Counted from the whole stretch's first letter, positions 1 through 13,938 are shown. The stretch: 63,885 nucleotides of DNA, filler included, from Neoconidiobolus thromboides FSU 785 (GCA_025603075.1; 9 parts of 9 records of this genome joined end to end with filler, not necessarily neighbours in it), one strand, 5' to 3'. Notes: generated by a model not told the origin, from the letters alone. Program-made: numbers and translations.

Positions 1-348
1 CAAATTCATTAGGTTATTAGTTAGATATTTCTTTAATGGAATTAATGTTTCATCATATCATATAGTTACATAATTAACAATAAGATCTAAGAAATGTTTT
101 ATACGATGTATCTTAGGCTTTAGTAACACCTGAGTTCTCATAACGTTTTTTAATAAGTCACCATTGATAAGTTTATCTGTAAAATAGTTGGTTGGGCTAT
201 AACCTTGGGTAAATTTAATATTACTTTCAATGGTTACATAACTGACTTGCTGCCCTCATAATGTTAATTTTTTTCCAATTTTTAGTATGCCTTAGGTATA
301 TGAGCAACCAACTACACTTGAATGAAGCATTATATTCAATGGAATGTT
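1..348 (+). repeat. Arm of a near-perfect inverted duplication (partner 14985-15332)
   Basis: Hand alignment 347/348 (mismatch at 237); looser similarity continues to about 445. Confidence 0.95.
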
Positions 349-911
349 GGTTTTATAGAAATGAATTGGCTTTGAATAATCAAGTAATAAAAGCCAAAAA
401 GTAAAATAAAACTTCATTATACTAAAATCGCTATTTTTTATATCGATTTATCGATTCAAAAGTGACTTTTTATATACTCTTTCAATCTAGACACATAACT
501 CAACATCGTTGATTCAATTTTTGTTTTTTGTGATGTAGTAATACCAATCCACTTAATTCTTTATACTTAATATAAAAAATTATGCCTTAATTAGTAAGTA
601 CAGGTTGTAGATAAAAAATCATTATTTGATTTAACATTAGATTTGTGTCAGTTTCAGTTTTCAATTACTAAAATAAGTGATAAGTAGAAGTGAACCAATG
701 ATCACTTTAGGCATTTTTATTCTTATTGATTATAAACCATTGATTTTAATAAGCTTATTCTTATAACGCCTTATGAGCTTTATTAAGAGACTAACTTGAG
801 AATGCTGGATTTATAAAATGATAAGTTAACGCTCAGTCATGGTAATAAGATAAGGTAAGGAGAGCTTTTAACAAAACTTAGTTTTTGTGAAAATTATAGT
901 TAAAATGAACT

Positions 912-1018
912 ATCTGGGAATGTATTTTTGTATTTAAGAATTTTACTAACAATTTTTCCACTCAAATAGCGCTTAAAAGATGGAAAAAGTAATGAAGCCA
1001 AAAAAAACATCTCCATCT
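912..1018 (+). mobile_element. Family A MITE
   Basis: Full length; TSD ATCT/ATCT. Confidence 0.9.
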
Positions 1019-1194
1019 TCAAAATGATAAAAGCTGTGATGTTTAGTGAAAACCATAAGAGCATTTTGTAATAATAGGTTTTATTACACTATTTAGTTAT
1101 ATAAATTTTTGTTCTTGTATACCTGCTGCAATTTTACCATACTCAACTAACTGTTCATTGAGAGTAAAATTCTAAAAGCATGCTAAACTTAATG

Positions 1195-1298
1195 ATATAG
1201 GGATGTGCCTTTTTGCTTAAAAATTTTACTAATAATCTTCCCACTTAAATAACACTTGAAAAATGGAAAAGTAGTGAAATCAAAAAACATCCCTATAT
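1195..1298 (+). mobile_element. Family A MITE
   Basis: Full length; TSD ATAT/ATAT. Confidence 0.85.
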
Positions 1299-2400
1299 GA
1301 TTGTTTATTTTTTTATCTTATTAATTTTTTATATACTATAAATTAGAATTATCAAATAAATATTAAAAGAAAAAGACATCCCTACATACAGCTATTGCAG
1401 TTCTTTTGAGACTTAATTAAGCACTTATTTAGGAGAAATTTCTTTGTTAAAATTTGGCTAAGATATCTGAACCAGGGTTTAAAAAAGTTGTAGAGGAGTT
1501 ACAACAGCTGTAGAATGTTTTTTATTTGTTTGGTTAGGTTTAAAGTTAAAGAAATATTGCCCTCAATGTGTACATATTCTAAAGTTATCCTGGGCTTAAG
1601 ATAACTCCACAGCTTCAACCAACTAGAACCCAGTAGATAGAAAAATAAAATGGATTTAATAACCAAGCAAGTTTATTAAAATGAAAAACATAAGCTCAAA
1701 GTTCCTTATAATAAGTAAAATAAAGGCACGTGCTGTCATAAAATAAATTGATTTAATAAAAGAATTTTATTTTATTATTTAATAGTATTATGGTGAAATA
1801 TAAAAATGAAAATAATTTATTATCAGAATTAGCCTTAATTGAAATAGTGATAACATGATTTGTTAAAAAATAATGAAATTGTAAAACTTTAAATAGGTAA
1901 TAATTTTTTAAAACCTAATGTATGAATATAATTGATTACATAATATAAATGTTGAAAAATAAATCAAGATTCATGTACAACAATTTGTATAATAATATAG
2001 TAATAATAATAATGATTCTTCTATTACTACTATTATTAAGACCAGAGACCAGCTATGGTTTAATTGAGGTATAACCTTTTTTGATTTAGCCCGCTTTAGG
2101 GAGTGTTGTATTCAATAAACATTCAGGTATTTTAAAAATAACGAAACATAATAAAATCAAGATAATAGCTTTACTGTAGTATTAAAATAAACCAAGAAAC
2201 TAGTAATACTTTATGATTTATGATACAAATATGGGTGCCATAAGAAAATTCTATGAATTTTAAATGAATTAAAGAAAATTTTATACCTATTAGGAACATA
2301 ATACAATAGATTAAGCGGTAGATTCAATAGAATGAAAAAATAGTATAAAAACTTGGAATAGTGTCTTTTCAAAATAAATAATAATAATACAATAGATAAA

Positions 2401-3210
2401 ATGAAACTTAACATTATTTTAAATTTACTCACTTTAACTTTAATTTATGGTTCCCAAGAATGGAGTTATAAAGGCGAAAATGGTCCAGAAAGATGGGGCT
2501 TATTAAAAAAAGAGTATAGTGCATGTAGTGAAGGAAAAAGACAATCCCCAATTGCACTAAACCAAGGGTCCTATTTCACGAAGACAGAAAACTATGTAAA
2601 TCCATGGAAAGACAGTGATAAGTCATTCGGCTACGCTAATAACGGCCATTCATTGACTGTAGACTTAAAGGATTTAAAAGTACCATTTAAATTAGATTGC
2701 AAAAATTTAGAATTAAAACAGTTTCATGTCCATACACCTGCTGAACATACGGTAGATGGTAAAACATATGATTTGGAGGCCCATTTCGTTTTTACTAATA
2801 GTAAAAGTAATTTATTCCAAGTTTTTGGCGTTTTTTTCCAGCAAGATGATAAACTAACTGATAACAGCGGATTCTTTAATAGCGTATTAAATAAATCTAA
2901 TTCTACTATCAATATTAAAGATAGTAAAATTGATTTTAAAGGGTTGAACTTAGGTCAACTATATAACCAAGTTGATGGATTTAAATCAGGCTATGTTTAT
3001 CGTGGATCTTTAACTACCCCGCCATGTACTGAAGCAGTCCGATTTATTATTTCTGATAAGATATTACCAATTTCTAAAGCTCAATTAGATGTTTTTAAAT
3101 TGTCAGTTCATGACAATAACGCAAGACCAATTCAAAAACTTACTGAATTCCATCAGCCTTCTATCTTAGACTTTAAGAAATGTGAGAAATGCATAACTAA
3201 ACAAAGTTAG
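2401..3210 (+). CDS. Secreted alpha-class carbonic anhydrase (269 aa, intronless)
   Basis: Hydrophobic N-terminus; WSY..ENGP..W; NNGHS proton-shuttle His; zinc ligands QFHVH and LEAHFV; YRGSLTTPPCTE. Confidence 0.95.
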   Translation: MKLNIILNLLTLTLIYGSQEWSYKGENGPERWGLLKKEYSACSEGKRQSPIALNQGSYFTKTENYVNPWKDSDKSFGYANNGHSLTVDLKDLKVPFKLDCKNLELKQFHVHTPAEHTVDGKTYDLEAHFVFTNSKSNLFQVFGVFFQQDDKLTDNSGFFNSVLNKSNSTINIKDSKIDFKGLNLGQLYNQVDGFKSGYVYRGSLTTPPCTEAVRFIISDKILPISKAQLDVFKLSVHDNNARPIQKLTEFHQPSILDFKKCEKCITKQS

Positions 3211-4620
3211 TTAAAATTACTTTAAGCATTTATTAAATAAATAATCCATATTTCTATCTATAATAATTTCATACTTTCTCAATTTCTATCGAGCAATTTC
3301 AATATATCACTTTAATGAAAAAGCATTTGACTAAACTTTAGTACTCTTTGTACATAGACGCTTAATAATTCTTGTTAACTATAGTAACTTGTTCTATTTA
3401 GGACAAGCTTAGAAGGCATATATATAATATTTTAAGTAAGAGGATGATGTTCACAACAGCTTATATTTACTCTTGAATCATTCAATAATTCAATAGTTGA
3501 ATATTTACAAATTGCTTTTGTATGAGTTAAAATTCTAAAACTAAAGGAGAATAGTCTTTGGAAAAATCACATTTGCCACTCAATCTCTAGCTTTAGTAGT
3601 TTGAGCATGGTCTTCCCTGATTTTTTTTGAGGTTTTTTTAGCTCTCTTACCTTCCATTAAATTTTTATCTTGGTCGCCAGTCTTGGGACCATGGACTCTT
3701 TCTATCCCAAACTTTCAGCAGAGAAGCTACAGTTTCCATCTTACCCGATTTCCCTTTGTCTCACATTTGACTAAACTCTTGCAAAAAGAATATAAGTTTT
3801 CTAAATATGATTTTACCTATTCTAAATCCTATGCTTTTGAATTTAAGATTACTTCTAATTGTTTAGTAACTTACTTCTCTACTTTGCCTCTTCTTACTTC
3901 TTTAAATGCTCCCCCTCATACACGTTTCTTTTTCTTCTAGAAATAAAAGCACTTGAGGTTTAATTGCTTTACAAGATTTGAAAAAACGCATCAAAAAGTT
4001 GTAGTTGATACTAAATCTATCGATGCTCACATAATTATAAACTGAAAGCATGAAATTACAACATTTGTTAAAATTCGAATGAGTTGACTACAATTGTTTT
4101 TTTGGTTGATGATTTTCTAATTATTTAAAATGTACTGAGATAAAGGCTCAATCGTCATCAGGCTAATTAAAAATACTGGATCTAAGCCAAGTTATCAAAA
4201 TATATACAGTCAGTGAATAGCTTGGCTTTTAAGGATAAGATCCATAGTATAATAGGCTTAAAATTGCAACAAAAGAATACTAAATATATATAATCCATAG
4301 TTAATAGTAGCTATAAATACAAGATAAACATAATATTTATAACAGTTTTATACTATTTACCTGAAATCTCACACTACCAAAAAACCATAGGCATAAATTA
4401 CATTGACGAGTTGGATTCATCAAATGTTTCTGTAATTACAAAACTCCTTTTTGTTTGGAACAATTTTTTAAAAAAATCTGGATTCAGGTGATTAAAAAAA
4501 ATACAACCAATTAGAACTCAATAAGCTAAGATATCTCGGCATAGAATCAACTAAATTGAGATTAATTTTTTGGCTTGTTTAGTTTTTACAACCAGTTAGT
4601 TTAAATTTATTTAAGCAAAG

Positions 4621-7600
4621 ATGGATAATAATACAAATAAAAGTGGAAAGGATGATAATTATGACCCAATTAAACAGGATAGTTATAATCCAGTGAAGGA
4701 TAGTAGCTATAACCCAGTAAAAGAGGATAGTTATAATAAATCTAGTATAATGCCAAGTAAAGAAGATAGTTTAAGGGCTGAATACCAAAAAGAAGAGAGT
4801 GGTGATAGATCTCATAGAGAGGCTCGCGGGAATAGCAATCGAGATGATTATTATCGTCGTACAGAAGACAATGATAGGTACTCAAGAGAATCAAGGAATA
4901 AAGGTGAGGAAAGAAGTAATCGAGATTCAAAGTATAGTGGCGGTGAAGATAAGTATCATAGAGATTCAAGAAATAGTGACAAATATACTAGAGATTCAAA
5001 ATTAGATGATGGTGATAGATACCCCAGAGATTCGAAATATAGTAGTGGTGAAGATAAATATTATAAAGATTCAAGGAATGGTGGAAATGGAGATAAATAC
5101 ATTAAAGATTCTAAAACGGGTGACACTGATGATTATTATTCTAAAGAATCAAAAAACGGCGCTAGTGGAGATAGATACACTAGAGAATCAAGAAATGGTG
5201 ACAAATATACTAGAGATTCAAAAAATAGTGGAGGGGATGATTATTACACCAGAGATAGCAGAGTTCGTGAAAGTAGAGGATATGTTAGAGATGATTATGG
5301 TAGAAAAGATCATAGAAGTACTAAAGAATATGATGACGTTCCAAGAAGCTCTAGAGATGAACGTCGATACCCTGATAGAAGAGAAGATGAGAGAGCCAGA
5401 AGTAGGAGGGATGCAGGCAGAACCAGAGATACGTATACATCAGAAAGAGATAAATATCAAAGTATAATCGGGGAAAACAGCTTGAGTTATGGAAATATAG
5501 GAGGGAGTAATTTAATTAGCAATAATAAAGATGGAAATGAAAGCTCCGATTATGAATCTGCAATCGAAGATAAAAAACCGGAAATACTAAAAGAAGTACA
5601 AAAACCGGTTCCAGCTCCTCTTACTGGGTTTGAATTGGTCCTATCTCATAAAAGAGGGACTTTTCAACTTTCTGATTACTATAACTATGCAGTAATTTTT
5701 ATCAAATTTAGACTAAATACCTTTAATCAAATTTTGAATTTAGATGTATTATTTAAAAGGAGGCGAATTGTACGATGCAAAGGAAGCAGTCGTTTATGGT
5801 ATTTCAAAAGGTACTATTAAAGTAATTATACGGAAAAATAAAATAATGAATAAAATTATTTAGCTCGTCGTCAATTAATGGATGCTCAGCTTAATGATAA
5901 GCAAATAAATGACTCAGAAAATGTATTAAAATGTATATTCAACTTGCTATATGGCATCATAGCTATCATATGTCATCAAAAAACATTCATTCTCTACTAC
6001 GATGAATTACACAATGCAATGAATATTGGGTTGAGTGAAGCTGATCGACTTGTATCCGAAAAATTTGGTGGTAGAATTGAATATAGTATTATACGTGGTT
6101 ATTTTGCATTTTTCTCTCAAAAATACCCTTTATCCAGAGAATTTTTTGAAAGAGCTCTAACAATCAAAAGTGACAGTGCTACTGCACTTTACGGTATGGG
6201 TTTAGCATGCTACTTTGACAAGGATTATAAAATGGCATTGAAACATTTTTTAAAGGTATTGGTTATACAAGTTAAAGGTGAGTTAGATATTCCTTTTAAG
6301 GTTATTGATGTAAGGGTAGCTATTGCTCAGTGCCATCTCAAATTAAATAATATCAATAAGTTTTTTTTTGTCCTTAAAGGAGCTACTAAACAAGTAAGCT
6401 ATGTTAATTTTACTCCTATATAAACTTAACTGTTTTATTTAGTCTCCTAATGATGATAAGATGTTAGCCTATTATTTAGTGACATTATTAAATCAGTTTA
6501 AAAAAAATCCAAAGTTGATGATTAAATTAGATGATAAGACTATACATATTATTGATGAACTTCAAATTACTTGTGAAAATGCAATCTTACAATTTCCAGA
6601 AAATCAAGTGGTCAATATTGTTCAGGCTGAACTATATTTTTTTGAGAGAGACTTTGAAAAGGTATGAGTTATTCAATCAATCGACAAGAATTAAATTTAG
6701 TAAATTTCTATAGGCATTCGAATTTGCTAAAAAAGCAAGTATTGAGGTAGGTTCTTATGATCCATACGTTAATTCAGAAGCAGCAGCCATGTTAGGCAAA
6801 ATTTATTATTTTATGAAAGACTATGATAATGCAAAATTCTTTTTTGAACATGCGTTGAAGTACAATCCATATTGTTCATTGGCTAGCATTGGAGTTATTT
6901 TGGTGTCTGTAATCAAAGGTAAATTAATTTTTATATTTTAGTATATTAATTTAATATAATCTGTTTTAGGGGACTTTGTTGCTGCTAAAAAAGCAGGTGA
7001 GCATGCAATAAAAAACAATCTTTGGTCTCTTGATCCAAAAAGTACAGAAGATATCAAATTAACTTTGGTAAGACTCCTATTTATTTTATACATCTTATTG
7101 ATATTAAATTAACATTAGTTCTTCATTATTGTATCTTGTCAAGTTATGTATATTAATGGTCCAGGTGAAAGTGATGAATTTAGAATTGCAGCCCGTGTTG
7201 CAAAGAAGCATTTGGATTCTTTCATGTCTTCTATGGATATTAATTTAAAGGATGATATGTTTAATGCTTTTTCTGCTTATGGTAGAGCATACACTAAAAC
7301 AGATTCCCTTGCACCATTATCAATTAATGAATATAATTATGCCAATGCTATTTATTTAGAAAATGATGAGCCTTCTGCAAGAATCAAATTATCAAAAAAC
7401 TTTAATAATATTGGAGTATGCTACTTAACATTGGGTAATATTAAATTGATCTTAATATTAATAATATTTATTAAAATAAATTTAGGGCAAAATCAGGATG
7501 CATTTGAGAGCTTCCGAAAAGCAGTAAAAGCAATAAAATACATTGATAATGAAGAAAGTAAAATGGTCTGGATAACTTATTCATTTAACACAGCGGTAGC

Positions 7601-9277
7601 ATTTGAAAGTGCAGGTTTAATTAAATCGGCCAAAGAAATTTATAAAACACTTAATGAAGAATATCCTAGTTATTTCCAGGCACCATTAAGGTTAGGAATT
7701 ATTGCTTATAGAAATCGAGAATACTTCAAAGCAAGATCTTACTTTTATCAAGTGGTTGAAAGTTGTAAAGATTCCACTAAAGAAGAACATAAATTATTTT
7801 GTAAAGAAGCACATTTATTTTTGGCCCAAATTTACCATAATGTTAAAGTGTTTGATAAATCCATTGAAAAATTTAAGTGGATAATCGATCATTTGGATAA
7901 AGAAAATGTATATGCTCACTGTGCTATTGCTTATAATAATTATTGTATTGCTAGAACTTTAGATGGAGATAAAAGAAGAGTAATTTATATTCTATTAAAT
8001 TTTACTATTAGTTTAATACATTTATAGAGGATAGCTTATTTTAATGAATCTGTCAAATATTTTATATTAGCTCGTGAAATTGATCCTGGTAATCCATTTA
8101 TGTTAACTGGATTTGCTGCCCTTTTAAATGATAGACAAATATATGATATACCATTAAAAATATTTAATATAGTAAATTTAATACATAATGAAATATAAAT
8201 ATATTAATAAATTTTAATCTAGATAAAATCATCTTTACATTATGTTGAAATGGATAGAAATCTTGGTATTATTCAATATAGGAATGAATTATATGAAGAG
8301 TCATTAGCTAGTGTAATGCAGTCTATAAATAACAAAAAATTAATATTAATTTGATTTCTTAGCTTGAAAAAGTATTAAAACATGGTAAATATCATGATTA
8401 TCGTGTACTTCAAATGAAAGCTAGGGTACAACATGCTTTAAGTTTAAAAAAGAAAAACCTTCGAATGATGCTTAATTGTATCGATACAATGAGAGAAGTA
8501 AGTCATAAAAAATAACGACAGATTCATATTAATAAATTATTTAGGCTGTAAAACTAGAAGGTCAAAATGTGCTTAAATATGATTTAGGAATTGCACTTCA
8601 AAGTTATAGTGTAATGGTAGCTAATATGGATCCAAAAGAAGTAGGTAGAGCTATGGTCGATTTTGCACTGGAACATATTGAAGAAGCAAGAAAGTAAAGA
8701 ATCAACCGATTTTAAATATTGAAAAAATATTAATTAAATTAACATAGAGTATTTGACGAGTGCTCCAAAGCAACTGATGCAGGAATAATATATAGTTTAG
8801 ATACATGTAAAAATCGATTTGGATTTGCTACCACTATTAAAGCCAAGTTGGAAGTTTTGAAAGAGTTTGTTTATAAAAATACAAAACCAATCGTTCCTAT
8901 GCCAGCTAGTCAAGATTACTTAGAACATGTTGCTGAGTTTGAAGCTAAAGTAAAATTTAAAATTAATTTTAAAAAATTAATAATTAATAATTAATAATTA
9001 ATAGGAAAGGGAAGAAAGAGAAAAAGAAGAAGCTAAATTATTAGATAGAAAAAGAAAAAGAACCGAAAGAAAAGAAATTCGTAGAAAAAAGTATACACCA
9101 TTGGATTTATTATTCAAACAAGAAGAAAAGAAATTGAAGGATGAGATTACGAAAGCTAAAGAAGAAAATAATATCGAATTAGTGCAAAATTTGGAAAAAG
9201 AAGTGCAATTAGTTCAAGAGAAATACCAAGATGAAGAAGCTAAATTGGAAGAAATTCGTAAAGAATTTGAAAATTAA
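4621..9277 (+). CDS. CTR9: CTR9-like TPR protein (PAF1 complex) with ~350-aa charged repeat N-terminus; 14 exons, ~1330 aa
   Basis: 13 GT-AG introns traced by hand (5692-5743, 5811-5863, 6394-6442, 6662-6713, 6919-6969, 7068-7118, 7435-7485, 7980-8027, 8172-8222, 8313-8362, 8498-8544, 8694-8747, 8950-9004) give one 3993-nt frame. TYSFNTAVAFE...EEYPSYFQAPLRLG and DPGNPFMLTGFAALL parallel the CTR9 segments YNLARLYE...HPNYVDCYLRLG and DAKNLYAANGIGAVL; C-terminal coiled coil. Confidence 0.75.
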
Positions 9278-11720
9278 TAATAATTGATATCAAACTATTA
9301 AAATTGAAAGTATTCTTTATTAAATTCTAAAATTAAATTACGTTTCTTTATTTTATTTTATTTTATTTTAAACTCTATTCTTTTATTTTCAATGTTTTGT
9401 TACTTTGTTTTGATAATATTTTTTATTAATTAGATAATTATATAATTATATAATTGTATAATTGTTTTACTAATTAATCTTACAAATTGATATTAAAAAA
9501 GTTTGAATATTTCAAAGACTGACTAATCTTGTATAAAATTGTAGTTTATAAAAATCGAACTGAAATTAGTATATAAATTTGAAATTGACTATTTCAATTA
9601 AAAGCTATTATATTTTTTAAATAAATATAGATTTTAATGACTTCAAGCTTCACTTTAATATTCCTTTAGTTTCTAATTTATATTCATTGGAATATTATTA
9701 GTTATAAATCAAGTTTTAAAACTTTTAGAATGATAAATGATTCTTTAGAATTCTAGTTAAATAAATCTCAAAATTAAATTTAAGCTTCATTAAATACAAC
9801 CTAAGACAATCGAAGAAAAGATAAAAGATAAAGCTCAATGAAACAGATAAGTAGATGAACGTTATAATTCTATCAGACTATAAACTCAATGAAATATATC
9901 AATTATTTCACTTATCTTGTAAATTACAAACCCCCTAAATTCCAATAAAAGATCTCACTTTTTTTAAAAATTATGACAATATCGATTCTTTTAAATAAAA
10001 TAAAACTAAAATAGTAAAAAAGAGATCCTTAAAATAAATAGTTGTAGTTTTTTTTATCAGTAAATACTTGGATTCCGCCCTTAATTCCTTAAATTTAACA
10101 AGTTAAAGGGGAAAGCATATGGTAACAACCAGTTTTTAAAACATAAGTTTTATAAAATAAATCCATTATCTGTTAAAATTTGTTTTTTTACTGTTATTAT
10201 AATATCTTAAAGATGAGAGTAAAATTTAGTTTTATATTTTGATGTTTTAGTTAATATAGTATTAAAACAGATTAAAATAATTACATTTCTTTAGTATTTT
10301 GTAATAATTATTTTGAATTCAAACTATTTTACAAATATTTAAGGGATAAAAAAGTTAAATCTCAATCAATTATTATTGGCTGAATATTGAAAATAAGATA
10401 ATAATGTATAATTAAATAAAGACACTTAATTTTATAAAGAATTAACCTAAAATAATTCAATAGTTGAGAATAAACTTCAATTATTGAATTATTTTATTTT
10501 ATTTTTATTCTTATTTTTATTTTAGTTGAATCTATTATTAACTATTTGTTAGTTTATTGAATTTAGTTTTCAATAGTTTATTACCTTATTTTTAAATAGT
10601 ATTGAGGTATTGTTGATAATTCTAAAAAGTAGGTTTCCTTATTTAAAGTTGAATTTAAATTTGAATCTGAAGATTTAATTCTATCTTATTCAATTTAATA
10701 ATCATAATGATGAGTAAATTGCTTTCATAATAATAGTAATAAAGATAACATATATATATTAATTATTAAAATTCATTTAAAATTTAATAATATAAAAGCT
10801 AGATTCAAGTTTAAGTTCAAATAACGGAAATCACTATATTTGATAATAATAATAATAATGATAATAATATCAATCAACTAACTTTTAAAATTAATAAAGT
10901 TAAGGATAACTGAAGTTCAGTGAAATAATAGTTAGTTTAACAATAATTGATGGAAATATATATATCAAACAATTATTTGAAAAAACAAGTTAGCATAGAT
11001 TTAGCGAAGCTATGACCCCCAAAACAATATTGGAAACAATAGTGGCAAATAGAAAACATTCAACTAAAATCTGGAACTTAATTTACAAATGCAATAAAAT
11101 AAAATCATTGAAAATTTATTATAAAGAAATAAAACTAGCTTAAATAAGTTAAATTTCAATTGATTCGTTGTATTTCAATTTATAATACAGGTTTATAATT
11201 CATAACTATCCGGGGTTAATAAAATTCTTCAGTTGGGGTTTTACCAGATATTCAAATTATTAAGCATAAGCCAATATTTTCAAAAGTTATTCAATGTGGA
11301 GTTTATATTCTTAATTAAATACAGTTGTAATATGAAATTTCATTCATTCGAAGCCAATATTGTTGATACGTTTAAATAACAATTCAACTTTTATTAATTG
11401 TAAATAGAATAATGATGAAGGGATTAATAAATATAGGGGATAATGCTAAAATAGGTTAATGAAGGGATTAATCTTAAGTGGATGCTAAAGATCGAGTAAA
11501 ATAAAGTTAACTTAATGTAGGTTAAACTCAAGATAAATCAGCTGAAATTGGACAACAAATAATAATTTATACTTCAAGGAAAAATCAGATATAAAATGAG
11601 GATTTAAGGTATCAATTTGATTGTAAAATAATTTTATTTTTATATTTCATATTTTATATTTTATATATTTTATATATTTTATATTCTTTATCTTAGTTAA
11701 TAATTCAATTATAATTAAAA

Positions 11721-13406
11721 ATGAATCTATTTTTCTATTCATTTTTAACATGTATTTATTGTTATAATATATTATTACATTCTGGATATGGAGGTCGATC
11801 CCACATTAAAAGTGTATTAGAAATCAGTGATTTGTTAGTATTACGGGGACATCAAGTCAAATATTTAGGATTAGAAGATAACTTAGATTATTTAAAGGGA
11901 TATAATATAACTGGTCATTTATTGGGACCACCATTACAAAAAGATCAAAAACAAATACAACATGAAATGAAATTAACAATAATGAATAAAGAAAGTCGAA
12001 GTAACCCAATGAAAGCAATGGCTAATTCAGTATTCCCATTAATGGAATTAAATTATGATCAAACATATTTAAGTTTAAAACAATACATTTTAAATAATTT
12101 TGATTTAATAGATTTAATGATTTGTGACTTTATTGCTAATGCTTGTATTGATTTAGCTAAACAATATTCAATTCCATTAATTGTAACAATGCAAACAACA
12201 GATGGCTTAGGTATTACACATTCACCTTATGTAATTAATAACTTAGAATATGGACCATTATATACTAATGAATTAAGTTTATTGCAACGAATTAAAGCAT
12301 TAATTATTAATCCTATTAAAGGAATTTATTATTTAATGCCATTGATCAATAGATTAAATAAAATAAGAAAAAAATATAATGTATCCAAAAGTTACACAGT
12401 ATTTGGTGATAATGAGAATTATTCTCTGAATTTAGCTAATACATTTACTGGCTTTGAACCAGCTATTAATTTACAACCTAATCTTCATCATATTGGTCCA
12501 ATTTTATCTAAAAGTAATAATTCCAGTTATAAAAATAATATCAAAGTAATTACTGAAATTGAGAATTATTTGAATATTAAAAGTAAAGTATTATATGTAG
12601 GATTTGGTAGTTTATCAGTATTAAATGAAGAATTAAGTGAACAATTGATGTTGTTATTATTGAAATTAATCGATAATGAGATATTCGATGGCATTATTAT
12701 TAGTTTAGGAAAAACAGAACTAAAAGATATTAAAAAAGAGATATTATTTAATAATCAATATTATAATATACATAAAATGATTAAATTTAATAATAATGAT
12801 AATATTAAATTCTATTCTTGGACACCACAAACTAATATTTTAAATCATGATAATGTTAAATTGTTTTTATCTCATTGTGGTTTAGAATCTAGTTTCGAAA
12901 GTATAGCAGCAAAGAAACCGATCTTATGTATGCCTTTATTTGGTGATCAATTTCGTAATACTCGAAAGTTAAGTGATTTAGGTATTAGTAAATACGTGGA
13001 TAAAGACAATATCAATTTCCAATTAATAATTCAAGATATTTTATATTTATTAAATGATAATTTAGTACAAATGAATTTATTAAAAACAAATCAAATGATT
13101 GGTAATACTGAAGATAAAATTCAATATGCAGCTACTTTAATTGAACAACATATTAATCTTGCTAAACTTTGTCGTCCATTACAACCTTATAAAAAGAATG
13201 AAATACCGTGTGAATTAAGTCATTTAATACCTAAAAAAAATAAGTATTTTTATCAGTTATATAATATGGATATTTATTTTTTATTCTTATTTTTCATCTT
13301 CTCAAGTCTACTAATACTGATTTATTATTTGTTATCCCTCACTTATTTTTATTTAAAATATACCAATTTTTTAGTCCAAGATAGTCCAAAGATTAAACTC
13401 TTTTAA
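11721..13406 (+). CDS. UDP-glycosyltransferase (GT1/UGT), type I membrane, 561 aa, intronless
   Basis: Signal peptide; GGRSH catalytic His; UGT signature WTPQTNILNH...FLSHCGLESSFESI...PLFGDQ; C-terminal TM helix and KIKLF tail. Confidence 0.93.
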   Translation: MNLFFYSFLTCIYCYNILLHSGYGGRSHIKSVLEISDLLVLRGHQVKYLGLEDNLDYLKGYNITGHLLGPPLQKDQKQIQHEMKLTIMNKESRSNPMKAMANSVFPLMELNYDQTYLSLKQYILNNFDLIDLMICDFIANACIDLAKQYSIPLIVTMQTTDGLGITHSPYVINNLEYGPLYTNELSLLQRIKALIINPIKGIYYLMPLINRLNKIRKKYNVSKSYTVFGDNENYSLNLANTFTGFEPAINLQPNLHHIGPILSKSNNSSYKNNIKVITEIENYLNIKSKVLYVGFGSLSVLNEELSEQLMLLLLKLIDNEIFDGIIISLGKTELKDIKKEILFNNQYYNIHKMIKFNNNDNIKFYSWTPQTNILNHDNVKLFLSHCGLESSFESIAAKKPILCMPLFGDQFRNTRKLSDLGISKYVDKDNINFQLIIQDILYLLNDNLVQMNLLKTNQMIGNTEDKIQYAATLIEQHINLAKLCRPLQPYKKNEIPCELSHLIPKKNKYFYQLYNMDIYFLFLFFIFSSLLILIYYLLSLTYFYLKYTNFLVQDSPKIKLF

Positions 13407-13762
13407 TTCTATTATATTATTCCATCTATTCCAATTGGCTACTTTTTCCCTATTAATTCTTATTTGTATATTCTTTCTATAATACATTCTATTAACATAT
13501 AATAAAATGAAGCATGTAAATTCATAATAGTATTTTAACTTGAATATTTTAATGTCTTCAAACTTAATCCAAATATAGTGAGTGGCATAATTTAGTTAAC
13601 TAATTTATGTTAACAACACTCCTTTTTAATTATTGATTTAGTTTAGTTTAGTTTAATTTAATTTAGCTCAAGCTATGGATACAAAAGTTTTTAAATATCA
13701 CTAATAGATGATTTTTTTAGTATAATAAATATTTTAATAGTTAGACTTCTTAATAAGAAGTT

Positions 13763-13835
13763 GCCTTCTTGGCTCAGTTGGCAGAGCGTCCGCCTAGTAA
13801 GCGGAAGGTCATTGGTTCGATTCCGATAGAAGGCA
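13763..13835 (+). tRNA. tRNA-Thr, anticodon AGT (13796-13798), intronless
   Basis: Full cloverleaf: GCCTTCT/AGAAGGC, GCTC/GAGC, TCCGC/GCGGA, ATTGG-TTCGATT-CCGAT; no encoded CCA; T-run at about 13868-13873. Confidence 0.97.
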
Positions 13836-13938
13836 TTATTAATAACAGCTAGAGCTGATTCAATAAATTTTTTATTACCCTGTAAATAATAGTAATGTGT
13901 TTTAATATTAAATTATCTCTGATTTTTTTGAAACAAAT

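Noticed and set aside
3580-3978. Purine-rich minus-strand frame that looks like a decayed gene, and its plus-strand ORF 3683-3940
   Set aside because: Stop density is close to random expectation and no family is recognisable, so it cannot be supported
4742-5467. Alternative-frame and antisense ORFs (4742-4969, 4799-5005, 5006-5467)
   Set aside because: Shadows of the repetitive CTR9-like exon 1
10520-10960. Large degraded fold-back centred near 10735
   Set aside because: Only 10628-10670 against 10797-10842 aligns plausibly, and extreme AT content makes chance matches likely
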